64,000 bases of DNA from Camelus dromedarius. Taxonomy: Eukaryota. Under the pieces are notes generated by a model. That model searched no databases. It was not told the DNA's origin and was given only the letters and a program-made list of their open reading frames with translations. The stretch is taken from the NCBI RefSeq assembly GCF_036321535.1, contig NC_087442.1:14694001-14758000 (forward strand), given 5' to 3'. Made by a program: the position numbers and the translations under genes. This document shows, piece after piece, positions 25,786 to 37,700 of this stretch; position 1 is the stretch's first letter, and the number at the start of each line of letters is the position of its first letter.

Positions 25786-25946
25786 ATGTCAATATGATTG
25801 TTCTAGCCTGAGATATTATTATTTTTCTCATTATAAATTAACACTAGGGTGGGAAAATTATTAATAATATAGGTCTCTCACTTTTTATACTCTGTCTTTT
25901 GTTTAGTGTTGGTAATAAGTGTGTGGTTCTCAAAAGGAAGCCACAT
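25786..25946 (+). repeat. Copy B (probable donor) of the ~160-bp duplication
   Basis: Shares TCTCATTATAAATTAA, TTGTTTAGTGTTG.TAATAA and GTTCTCAAAAGGAAG.CACAT with copy A. Confidence 0.85.
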
Positions 25947-27733
25947 TATTTCCAAGGATCATAAAGATGTTTTTTTCTGATGCTTCAATGGCCAGCTGCC
26001 ATGAACTCTGCTTCATAATTCCTAATTATGTTTCTCTTTTCAGAATTGTCTTTAATTTATATTTCAATTTCTGATCAATTATGTAGCTATTTTTATCTAT
26101 TATCAATAGTTGGAGTCTCCAAAGAGGAAATCTACAAGAATTTGAAAACATATTTTAAAAAGAAATGGATTATCTTCTGAAAATGAATCTAAGAAGTCAA
26201 TGTTTACTAGGTCACATGCAAAGAAAAGTTAAAAACAGTGGCTGTTAGATCAAGGAACTGAGTGGTGCAAGATTAATGTCACCGAGTTATCACAAAAGGA
26301 TGTATTGATAGGAACTAGGAATCTGGGGGTGGGGAGGGTAATGAGAAAGGATGGTCAGCCTGGGGAAAGGGGAGTCGCAGTAGCCTGTATTGCAGTGCCA
26401 TTATGAGCATGCCCAGAAGAGGGAGAACCTTAAGTAAAAACACCCTATTAGGCCCCAAACCACTGCCTTGACAGAACTGATCTGAGAAAATACCTGTACC
26501 CCACTTATGTCTACATGTAGGAAAAAAAACCATGCCATGTCAAAATGAGCAATGCAGCCTGAGATAGTTATTTTTATCAGTATCAGTTAATACATATAGA
26601 TTATGATTTTACATTTCAGCTCTAAAGCATGGTTAATGTGAGTCTACTCTGCCATGCGTGTCCAATATTAGTACACTGGTAATTCAATCTTTGAGTCAGT
26701 TGGGGTCAGTCTCAGAACCATGAAATACTACTCAATGTGATGCTGTCCTACGAGATAATTTCTAGTGTGTAGCTTGCCTTTTCCAAGTGATACTTCTGTT
26801 TCATGTGACTGTTTTTGAAATTTCTACTGTTGATATGTCATTAGAATTACTAGAGTAGAAGGTACTCTGTATTAAATTATTTAAAATATCGTCAACTTCA
26901 TAGTAATGCAATATACATTCATAGTAATGTGTTCTTCTTTACTCTGGTATCTATTGGGATGAATAGAGTTAAACCTAAGTTAGGAAACACCTCAAAATTA
27001 AAATTACCAGGAACTCTCGTTCCCAACCAGTGGACTGCAAAACAAACTTTAATAATCTCCTGAAAGAAGTCTCTTCTCACATTTTATGAGGGTGGAGAAA
27101 AGACAGACTTGAAGATGGTACAAAGGGAGAGGAGAGCCCTCATATATCAAGAAAAATCTTCAAGGCTAGAATGACACTTCTTACAGTATTTATATGAGCT
27201 GTATAAAGACTTACAGAAAATGTGTGTGTAGACTATGTCATTATCAAAGTGTCTGGCCATGTTCTGGCTAGCTAAGAAGCCAATTTGAGAAGGAAAATTT
27301 AATAGGGCAGAGATGGATAACATGCAGCAAAGGGACATTTATTTTCTTTCTGTCATCCTGTTGCATGATGGGCTCAGTTTTAATGATACTCCAATATACC
27401 CTAAGCACACTATTATTAAGGAAAAAAATATTTGGCAATGTGGAAAATATATGAGAGATGTGCTCTTTCTATCAATAGCTTGACTAATTGGATAGAATCC
27501 ACAGCAAAGTGAATTTGCCCTCTGGGTCTTCCAGCAAAATCTCTCATATCGTTTTCCTATCCCTCAACTCAAATAGAACGGTCTTGTCTTAAGTGTATTT
27601 ATTTAAATTATTGTTTTTTTCAAATAAATACCCAAACATATTGCCAAATGCGTGTGAATGTGCGCCTACCACCCCTGTTCCACACATAACCCACCTTTGG
27701 CTGCCTCAGAGGGCAAAGCATGACCGGTGCTGC

Positions 27734-28168
27734 TGTGTTAGTCAGCTTGGGCTGCTANNNNNNNNNNNNNNNNNNNNNNNNNNNNNNNNNNNNNNNNNNN
27801 NNNNNNNNNNNNNNNNNNNNNNNNNNNNNNNNNNNNNNNNNNNNNNNNNNNNNNNNNNNNNNNNNNNNNNNNNNNNNNNNNNNNNNNNNNNNNNNNNNNN
27901 NNNNNNNNNNNNNNNNNNNNNNNNNNNNNNNNNNNNNNNNNNNNNNNNNNNNNNNGAGAGGAGGGGAGAAGGGGAGAGAGAAAGAGAGAAAGAGAGAGAA
28001 CTGTAGTTTTTTTCCTCTTGAGGACACTAATCCCATCATCATGGGGACTCCATCCTCATGAGCTCATCTGAACCTGATTACCTCCCAAAGGCCCAATTAC
28101 CCCATAATTCCACTGGGGTTAGGCTTCCAACATGTATTTCAGGGGGGATGCAAATGCAGTCTGTAACA
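27734..28168 (-). mobile_element. MaLR solo LTR (MLT1A/MST-like), partly N-masked
   Basis: TGTGTTAGTCAGCTTGGGCTGCTA...CACTAATCCCATCAT...CTCCCAAAGGCCC...TAACA; perfect 5-bp TSD GCTGC (27729-27733 and 28169-28173). Confidence 0.9.
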
Positions 28169-29175
28169 GCTGCTGTAGATTAATCTCTACCTAATGGTAA
28201 CTATAATAAATGGTATGTATTTATATATTAATAAATGGTATATTTGATATCAAAGCACCACACAACAGTGCAGATCAGAAATCAGATCCTTCATACATAC
28301 TCAACACCGAGAAAAATCCTAAGGACCTTTCTGATGAGTTTTAAATCAATACACATGGAGTTACATTAAAGCAGCTACAGAAATAATGGAATTATTCTAG
28401 TAAGAGGTTTAATTAGATATGCAAAAAAAACCCCAAAGATTTATGAGAACATGAGGAAACCTTCATAGAGTTGAGTGTCACCAAGTCTAGAACTGAGAAT
28501 GTTCGTTTATCAGCAGTGCTGGAAACCTCAGAAGCAGCAGGTCAACCCTAGTGCTCCACAATGAATGTGAAGTCAGGTCAAGTCCGACTGTCTCTGCTAT
28601 CCATCCTAACATCTTCCAGGATGCTCAATATTCTGTTTGTGCTGTCCATGATCACATCAGCAGGGCCTCCAAAAGTTCTGCAGTGCCTAAGAAGTTGCTG
28701 AGTTTACAGGATCAGCGTGCAACCCCCCACTCAAAACCTGGAGACATAATTTGTCCACTGATTAAACAGCTTTTCTACCAGGGTGGGGTTTTACTATATC
28801 ATTAATACACCTCATCTACGACTGGTCTTTAATTTCAAGGGCAGGTTGTTTTGAGCTCCACCATATCATTACTATGAGAGGTACTTCTAAACCAAGATAG
28901 CCAACAATGGTGCCTGCCCTGTCGTGTTTAGTTTAAACCCTCTGTTCCACTTGGTAATTACAGTGAATTCAGTTGGTCCTCTGTTTAAGGGACCTAGAGC
29001 TTTCTAATTACACAAATTAAGTAAAATTGTAGTAGGCTATTCATTTATATCAGTTCTAGGGAAACCAGGAGCCACTAGCTAATACCAATGATTTTTGCCA
29101 GTGAAACCATTCCTATGACTGATTTTGGCTCTGCCTCTCATTCCAGTATGCACACATTTCCCGTCTTTGGTGACT

Positions 29176-29193
29176 TAGTGCCACCACGTGGCC
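29176..29193 (-). promoter_or_regulatory. Candidate CTCF site containing a CACGTG E-box
   Basis: Reverse strand GGCCACGTGGTGGCACTA versus CTCF consensus GGCCACCAGG(G/T)GGC(G/A)CTA; two central mismatches. Confidence 0.45.
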
Positions 29194-30509
29194 TATGACA
29201 CCCAGGAATACCATCATCATTATTAAATCAGGCAACCCAGTTTGATGGCAGCGCTTCCCAGCATCAAACCTGGCCTACAAAGAAGAGCCACCGTAAGACA
29301 TCAGGGCTCCTCTCACTAATGAATTTTGCACACCCCTAGTGAGGGAAGTAACCTCCGCACCTTCTAGGGGATGTATTTAAGGAGTGAGTAAGCAAGTCTT
29401 ACACCGCTCTAGCATTCCAGTCTTCCTAAACCTTTGGACACCTTTCTTTACAGCATGCCAAGGAGGGTCTAGCAAGCACCTCATCTCCACTCTGTGTAGA
29501 TCACTTTTGGGTCCAGGTTTTAGTCAGTGGAGCAAACTGCTAGGGCCCTCCGGCCACCTTTGCCAATGTTTTGAATACAGTGTTGTGTCTTAATTCACCA
29601 ATAGCAATATTTAGATCCAATCCAACAGTATATTCCTTCCACTCTCGGCAGACACCTTAGGACCCACTCCCAGGTATGTTTCCAAGATTTCTAATGGCAT
29701 AAACTGGCAAATCTTTGCAATTCTTTGTGTGTGTATTACACCTCCTCAGAGGTTACACTTTGTGCTTTACTGGAGTCTGGTCACAGGAATAGAAACAATG
29801 AGGAGTGTGAGGGGTGTTCCTAAGGAGGACCAGTAGTTCCCTAAACTGACAAAATTACATAATTACTCTGAAATTTTATCAGAGTAGGCCATTACATGGT
29901 CTCCTGGCAAGAAGAGACTAACTCTCCTGACTGGACGTAAAAGGCTGCTTTATGAGTAAAGGATACTTTGCAGAACATAGAAAAAGTCTCCCAGGTTTAT
30001 CAGAATCAGCCCATATGTCCTCATTCCAACTTTTAGAGAACTCTCCTTCACACTTAATAACCTAACTTTAACATAAGGGACCAAGAGATACTAGGAATTC
30101 AATTTGTGTTATAATTAATCCCCTTTCAGGATTAAATACCAAGTTTGTTTTTCAGAATTCTATGCCCTGAAGCTACAGGAAATAAGGCAGCTTTTTAAAG
30201 GTAAATAATAAAATTATTCTGGTCCTTAACTAGCATCTCTGATGGGGCATTTTCTTTCCCAAGGTTCTCCAACTAACAAGGAAACAACCAACCAATGAAC
30301 CTCATTATAGTTATTTTTTCTAACACGTTCTACGGCAGCAGCTGTATTGACCTACCAAAGTTGTGCCCCTTCTATAGGCACTTGATTCTAAATGTCTACA
30401 GGCAATAATTTAAGTACCCAGTGCTGTCCCATGTCGTGGACTATCAATATCTCTCTAAGCAGAACATCACAACAGCACAACAACAGGTACAGATAACACA
30501 GAATCAATT

Positions 30510-31100
30510 CAGAGAACCCCTCCTTGAGGTTCTGCTCCTCTAGAACCACTTCCAGCACCAATTTCTGAAGTCACGGTTTTTATCAGAGAAGCCATTTTTA
30601 CTCATGACATAGAACAAGAGATTTACTTTATATATTATATATATAAATATATAGGGATATATTAGCCCCTGCCCAATTCTGGGGTCTGTGGACAAATCTA
30701 TGTAAACTGTTGCCTCTGAAGCTGGGTTGGGCTTGAAGTCTTTATGAAGCCAGAGAGCAGAGAAAACTGTAACTTGTGGAAACAAACCAGAATCCATAAC
30801 ACAAACTGGAAACAGAGTCTGTTTCTGACCTACCTGGATGATGCTGGAGGCCTGCAGGAAAGCTGGCATCTTTTACAAGGAAGCTGCTTGTGACCTAGGC
30901 CAGGACTTGAGATGTGCTGGGAGTCGGAGAGGCTGGGTTAGATGCTGCCCCAGGCCAACCACTGAATCAGCAGCTGAGTGACCACACACGGGTGCCATGT
31001 TACCTTGAGTTCTGTGCCCGCTATCGGAGCATAAGATGTCTGCTTCTTCTCTTCCACCTTCTAAATCTTGAACCCATTTCTCCTGTGACCGAGTACAATC
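30510..31100 (-). mobile_element. ERVL-type LTR (MLT2-like) with adjacent tRNA-Leu-like PBS and start of internal sequence
   Basis: Reverse strand reads LTR...CA GAAAT TGGTGCTGGAAGTGGTTC TAGAGGAGCAGAAC, the ERVL leader with a decayed Leu PBS (30543-30560); the LTR from 30566 has the TA-rich tract typical of MLT2. Confidence 0.65.
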
Positions 31101-31139
31101 TAGAAATTCAAAAACTTGTCATTAAACAACTTTTGAACA

Positions 31140-31680
31140 AAAAGATAAAAATGTCAGCAATTTAATTTTTTGGAAAAATAATGGTAGTGAAAATCAGATA
31201 ATGAACATATCAGAATCCATAGGATACTCTTAAAGCAATAATCAAAGGAAATACATAGCATTGAAAATTTATTTCAATAAAAGTAAAAAAAAAGAAATTA
31301 TTTTAATCATCAATGTAAAAAAAGGAGAAAAGAGAGGGGGGAGGATATAGCTCAGTGGCAGGGAACATGCTTACCATGTACAAGGTCCTAGGTTCAATCC
31401 CCAGTACCTCCATTAAAAAAATAATTACTTCCCCCCTATAAAACAAACAAACAAAACAAAAAGCAAATTTAAAAAGTGGAAAAGAACAATGAAACCAAAA
31501 GAAAGCACAAAGAAGGAAAAATTAAAGATAAAAAAAAAGTATTGAACAGAAAAACTTTAAATCAAATTAATAAATCAAAATCCTGGAAGGTGGGAAGGAA
31601 GCAACACAGACCAAACACTAACTAGTGATCAAACTTAAATATGGAGAAAGCACACATTTATAAAATAAGAAATGACAAAG
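31140..31680 (+). mobile_element. Old L1 ORF2 (endonuclease-region) fragment interrupted by a SINE
   Basis: A-rich; ATCAGAATCCATAGGATACTCTTAAAGCAATAATCAAAGGAAATACATAGCATT resembles the YQNLWDAAKAVLRGKFIAL region. Confidence 0.6.
31336..31460 (+). mobile_element. Camelid-type tRNA-derived SINE (Vic-1-like)
   Basis: GGGGGGAGGATATAGCTCAGTGG (A box 31348-31358)...GGTTCAATCC (B box 31391-31400) CCAGTACCTCCATTAAAAAAA, then an A-rich tail. Confidence 0.85.
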
Positions 31681-31689
31681 GGGAGAAAA

Positions 31690-32760
31690 TCCACTTCCAT
31701 CATGGCTGAATTAGTTTACGTGAGACCAGCTCTCATCAGACAACAACTATAAAGGCTTGGTCAAGGCATAAAATACAATTATTTGAAGGCACTTGAGAGA
31801 GAATGTAAGCGTAGTGATTTGGGAGGGGTGTTAACACTTGGAAGAAGAGAAAGGCACAGGTTAATCTTCCCACTTATTATGGATTTCAGCCTTAGGGCAG
31901 GTCACGGTCTTCACCACCCAGGACGGCAAAGTCGCTGCTAGAAAATGTACATCCATTTTCATCTAGAGAGTTCAGAGAAACCACAGCCAACAGATGATGA
32001 CGGAGGAATTTCAGAAGCAGAGAGAGGGAATCCCAAGCTTTGTGGAAATCTCTGCCCAAATCTCTGGCTGACACTTGGGTCATATATGTGTCAGGTAGAC
32101 TCACAGCAGTCTACCAAAAAAAGTTTAAAAAAAAAAACAAAACTATATTGCAATATCAATGCAATTCAAGCAAGATAATTGGCTGCTGAAGTTAAAAACA
32201 GAACAAAACAAAACAAAACACCTCACTGGGAGACTGCAGCAGAATCCAATCATAATATTCACAGTGTCCAGGAAAAAAATTTTACATTAGTTGCTATTCA
32301 AAGAATGGGGGTGGGTGGGAAGTATGACTCATTCTCAAAAGAAAAGACCATTGACAGAGAACAATACCAAGATGACCCAGATTTGGGAATTAGCAGCAGA
32401 CAGATTTTAAAGCAATTATAACTAAATTTATGGTTATTTTAAAAAATGCTTGAAATGAAATAGAATGTGGAAAATAATCAAATAACTAAAAAATACAATC
32501 ACTGAAAAAAATTATCATATGGGATTAACAGAAAAATGGAGATAACATGCCTGAGAGATGGCATTGAAGACAGAGCAAAGATAATGATGTAATCTGAAGA
32601 ATTGAGGAAAATAAACCATTGAAAACAAATAACAGCCTCAATAACTTGCAGGGCAACATTGAAAGTTCTAACACATGTGTAATTAAAGTTCCAGAAAGAA
32701 GAGAGGGAAGAAAAAAATTAATTGCCATAAACGGAATATGAACTGATAATATTAAAAAAA
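31690..32760 (+). mobile_element. Old L1M 5'UTR/ORF1 fragment
   Basis: ACCAAGATGACCCAGATTTGGGAATTAGCAGCAGACAGATTTTAAAGCAATTATAACT and downstream coiled-coil-type ORF1 remnants. Confidence 0.65.
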
Positions 32761-32799
32761 AAAAAATCTAAGAGTCCTAGTTGGTGCTAGTGCAAATGC

Positions 32800-32905
32800 A
32801 TTATCTGCATCAAGGTGATGAAATTCCACTGCCTTTACCTTGTCCAGACAAAACCTGAATAATGCGTAATGTTCTTGGCAGCACATTTTGAGGAAGTATT
32901 TCTAC
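32800..32905 (+). mobile_element. CR1/L3 LINE fragment
   Basis: CCACTGCCTTTACCTTGTCCAGACAAAACCTGAAT...CTTGGCAGCACATTTTGAGGAAG resembles the L3 LVRPHLEYCVQFWAPHF region. Confidence 0.45.
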
Positions 32906-34379
32906 TACTTTTAATTTGTCTGCAGTTTTGAGTTTATAAAAGCAACATAGGGTACTGGGAAGTCATGACTCGTCTTTTAAGAAGCAATATTCAGACTTCT
33001 CTCTTTCTCGTATTCTGGACCTAAAAGTGGGAAGACAGAAAATGAGAGAGAAGACTGATTAGCACGGACAAGAGCTTGAGTTTGCCGGGGGTTGCGGTGT
33101 GTGTCAGTGAAGCTCTGAGACAGGGTTACTGGGTGAGGAAAGCTCCTCATGAATTTTCAGGATGGAATTATTCCTGCAGGTACCCCTCACTGAAGTGATT
33201 TGCTTGAAAATCTCATCCACTCATCCACACATCGTGTCATTTGGGAAGCCACTTGTTTAGACACCTTCCCTGTGTGTGTGGTGGGTTCCCCTACTCATCT
33301 TTTCCACTTTCTGTCTTCCCCATCTCATGTGACAAACGATACTGTTTATCAGCATAGACAACATTCTTCTAGATACAGCTTCACGACCCCACCTTATACT
33401 TTAACATCTGAACATTTTTGGCTAAGGTTCTCTTTCCTACTATCTTTGGTGCTATCCTACTTTCTCTAAAGGATTTGTATTCTTTGTTCTTCAACTTGTA
33501 ACAGAAGATTTGCATTTTTGTTCTAGTGGTTACTATTCTATTCTTTTTAATGCCTTTCTCTTTTTTTTTTGACAATTACTATTTTTAAGGATTGAATTTC
33601 TCATTTTAGATGATTTATGTTGACTTTAAATGCTATTATATCTTAACTTAGTCTGTATTATAACTATATTACAGTATTCTTTTGCTTCATGCTTGTTTGT
33701 TTTTCTCTGAGACCTTTTTTCTCCCCCCGTAGGTATGTGTTGCCTATTTGTTTTCTGATTATTTTTATTAATAACATGTGGGTTTATTTGTTCTTTTCTT
33801 TTTATGTTCCTGGCACTGTTGTGGTTTTTAAAGATTCCTAGTTTAATGGCACTGTCATCTTTTAGTTTAACCAAGTCCTGATCCTTTTTGAATATTTAAC
33901 TTTTGAGTTGGTGGGAAAGTGTGTGTATGCCCTTCAGCCATTTTGTACTCTTGTTTCTCCACACTCAAAAGTTATTTCTTTTACTTCTTTTCAACTTTTT
34001 CAGTTGGAGATGCTTTTAAGTCTCTTCCTTGTAAACTGTGTTCTGTGCTACAGAACAATAAAAAAAATCTATTTGGTGTGGAATTCCTCTTACTCCACTT
34101 TAGGCTGGTCAATAATTCCCTATTTTCTCTTCCCTGAAGCGTTTCTCAGCCTGGCTTTAGGGCCACAAGCCTTGAACATTCTCTTGATCCAATTATGCTG
34201 AGGAATTTTATCATGTAGTTTTCGTTTTCATTTTCTTTTTACTGTTTTTCGATGAAATATTGGGAGGTAGCAGGGACCTAAGCAGCCACCAATGTCCCCA
34301 GGTGCCCAGAAGTTTTCGATTTAAAAACAAACAAATAAAAACAACCTTTATGTTATATTAAAGAAATGGAAACTGTGGA

Positions 34380-34918
34380 GTTAGGTTCCTGTGAACTTCT
34401 GCTCGCAATAGTTTCATCAACCAATCAATAAACAACCTTGTTTTACGCATGTTACTGTTTAAAGACGCCATACTTAATATAGACTGTTGATTCATTAACA
34501 CTGAACTCATGGTCAACTGCACTATCACTCAAGCTCGAACAAAGCTTATCTAACACATGTATTTACTCTAAGTCACATCACACATTCTCATGCTTCGGAA
34601 CACTAGAGACAGCACTACATTTTAAACAACCAAATCACCAACAAAAACACAAAAATGTGGAAAACATGGCATTAAATAGACTGTTAAAAGGATGCTTGTT
34701 TACAGTATGAGAGCTGACAAGTGAAGGCAGAGTGTCACCTTGTTCAAACTCAGCTGGGGATGTGCCTGTTGGGCACCCACATTTTTCTCCACACTGTGTG
34801 TGCATGTCTGTGATTGACCACGAAAATGCTGTGATTATTTATTTTGGGGTTTATAAATACATTTTATCAAGTAGGCAGATTTGCCAATATAGCATCCACA
34901 AGTAATGAGGATCATTAT
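34380..34918. mobile_element. TcMar-Tigger-family DNA transposon remnant
   Basis: Ends GCAGATTTGCCAATATAGCATCCACAAGTAATGAGGATCATTATA (Tigger-type terminus followed by TA); internal Tigger-like segments. Confidence 0.6.
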
Positions 34919-36059
34919 ATATGTGCTTAGTTTGCCATATAAATTAGAAATCCTTGAGCAATAGAAAATGAGTCTTCACTTAAATAATTTTTTGAATTCT
35001 TAGTAAGTATATTTTTCTTTTTGGTCTTAACCTGTGGTCTTTAAATCTAACTGCAAGTTGGATTATCCTAGAAAGGAAAACAAGCAAATATTCAAACCAG
35101 AAAAAAATTATATCTCTGAACAATTGATTCAGAACAGTATGGCACTGGGCCAGGAATTAGTAGTTGTAAATGAAATTTTGTTACCTGAGAACCATAATTT
35201 TAGAATAAATGAGATTTTGTGCCATTCATGGATGTTGGGTGGACATACTGATTGTGAAAGCATCTAACCATATTGGCACACACTTTAACCAGTAAAGCAG
35301 ATATAAACTCATCATGATAGTCCAAGAACCTCACCCTACCCATATCTACTGTGTATTCAAGATAAAACATGTAATTTTTTCAAGGAACACTTGTCCCATA
35401 TGTTTACTTTGTTCTATCCCAGTCCACAAAGCAGAGTTAGAAGAATAAATATGATATGACAGCCTGTCCCTGGAGAAACCAATGAAGTGCATATCGTGAA
35501 GTGAGTGTCAGACCTCACAGTGACTTTAGCTGCAGGATTTAAATCCTTCCATTGTTCCTACCCAACTCTTCCTGATATGTTCCACTCTCATCTAGTGGTT
35601 ACTTACTAGGATCCTGTATTGAGTATGTGTACCCCTTTCTTGTCAGGGTTCCTGGACTAGCCTGCACCATGTAGTTTCCCTTTCCTGAAGCAGAAAATGA
35701 TACTAACATAGGAATAGGGTTATAGAAAGGGAAGAGTGAGGGAATGGAGAAAAATTTGTTGACTTGACAACTTCATCTTTGTGGGATACATATATACTAT
35801 AAAGTGATATTTGTTACCATGACTCATGTAATTTGGAAATAACTTGTTCCTCAACAATATATGCAAACAATGATAATAAGTCTTCTTTCTTTTTTCGTGT
35901 GAAGTCAATTCAATTATTTCACAAGATAAGGAGCATTTGTTCTGAGCCTTGGTGAGGCTTCATTTTGGATTATTAAGACAGTTCATTTTTTTGTAACGTC
36001 AAGTAAAAGTATTTCCTTTGTACTGTCTTCAGTGGATTTGGGAATAGTGCCACTAGACA

Positions 36060-36262
36060 ACATGGCTTAGTATCCCAGCTTCTTCAAGTCTTGTGTGGCT
36101 TTCAACTTAGCCTCAGTGACCCTAAGTTTTCCTATCAGCAAAATAGTGACAATAATATAACCTCTCTCAAAGAGATGCTGTGAAATAATCTATGAAAGGT
36201 AGTTAGCACTATTTGTGACTCCTAGTAGGTACTTAAAAAGCGTTAGCATTGTTATTATTAAT
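36060..36262 (+). mobile_element. MIR SINE
   Basis: AGTTTTCCTATCAGCAAAATAGTGACAATAAT...TAGTAGGTACTTAAAAAGCGTTAGCATTGTTATTATT. Confidence 0.65.
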
Positions 36263-37433
36263 AGCTCTTTCATGTTCTTCCAAATTTCAACAGTGACAGA
36301 AGTGATGTTCTTAGTGTCAGTTATCTGGTAATCTTCTGGGTAAAGAACACTTTATGTGTGTGAGACTCCCCTATGGAAGCAGAGACTATTTTGTTTCTTG
36401 CTTTATCTCTAACATCTAGTATGTATGAAATAGGGAAACATATTGTAAATGGCTAAGGAGAGTAGTGGTTGGATCAGTTCTGCTAAAATTTTATATTTTC
36501 ATATTAACCACTGCAGAGAGAACATGGGTTGAACAAGAGTGGACTGAGGGTTGCCAAATGCATTCCAGCTCCTCTTTTTCTCTAGTAAATGGTCAAAAGT
36601 ACACCATCTACCGAACTCAATTCTGCAGGCTGTTTCAAATGAACGTGTTTTACTTTTTTAGAAGCTTTTGTTTCATCCTAAGATAGCATATGTAGCTTAG
36701 GCAAAGCTCCATTTGTTTCAAAATGTGGAAAAGTTGTATTTAAGTAATGGAGGAAAATGCTGATGGCTCTCCAATCTAAAGAACATCCAATGTATGCAAT
36801 TTTATAATTACCTTCAGGAAAATAGAGTAGGGTGCAGAAATTCTGTATAATTTTGATAGTTATAAGTCAGCCTCTTAGACTTGATGGTCAACTGGCTGGT
36901 TTTCTTGTTATGCTCATGTTCTGATTACATAACTGAATGTGCCCTACTTTGAACCACTCTGGAATATCGCTGAAGGTGGCAGCCCTCAGTGCAACTCTTG
37001 TTCAACCCAAGCTCTCTCTGAGGCTCTCCAGTAATCATGCCTCTTTCGCATCAATTTCTTCAGGCAGCATGGTATTCTCCTACCTGGAAGTCACTCCTTC
37101 CTCGTAGGTAAAGGACCTGGAGAGGAAGGAAAAAGAAAGAAAGAAAAAAAAACAGTAAAACATCAATCAGTCCATATTTATTGAATTAATTTATCTGTAG
37201 AGAGGATCGAAAATCAATTAGAAAGTTGTCCCCACGTCATCCTGATGATCAGTTATGACCCAGAGGCTCTTGTTTGGGACTGCTCTAAAATGTTTCCATG
37301 CCGTAGCCACACTGAGGTTTCCAACTCTTCCCAAGAATTCAGATTCTGGAGTCGATCTGATAACTGTGCTGAAGAATTCAGAGATGTCTAAGAACGCTCA
37401 GTGCTTAGTAAACATCACCTACCTTCTTCCAGA

Positions 37434-37700
37434 CAGGCTCAGTCCAGTACAAATACAACGTGAGCCACAAATATAAGGAATGTGTAATTTTAAATTTTAA
37501 TGTGTAACCGCCTTTAAAAAAGTAAAAAGTGAAACTAACGTTGACAATATACTTTATTTAACCCAAGATACCCCAAATTATGATCATTTTCATATGAAAT
37601 AAGTATAAGCAATTTTTGTTCTCTTTTTTCATATTCAGTCTTTGAAATCTTGCGTGTGTTTTACACTTTCTGCAGATTTCGATTCGAACTGTAACATTAA
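37434..37700 (+). mobile_element. MER33 (hAT-Charlie), right end missing or decayed
   Basis: GTCCAGTACAAATACAACGTGAGCCACA...TGTAATTTTAAATTTT...AAAAAAGTAAAAAG...TTTATTTAACCCAA...GTCTTTGAAATC matches recalled MER33. Confidence 0.8.

Noticed and set aside
26325-26375. G-rich tract as a G-quadruplex
   Set aside because: Only three closely spaced G-runs; the fourth is over 20 nt away.
31336-31415. tRNA-like sequence with A and B boxes (also 40050-40127, minus strand)
   Set aside because: No proper cloverleaf or acceptor stem, and followed by an A-rich tail; these are tRNA-derived SINEs, not tRNA genes.
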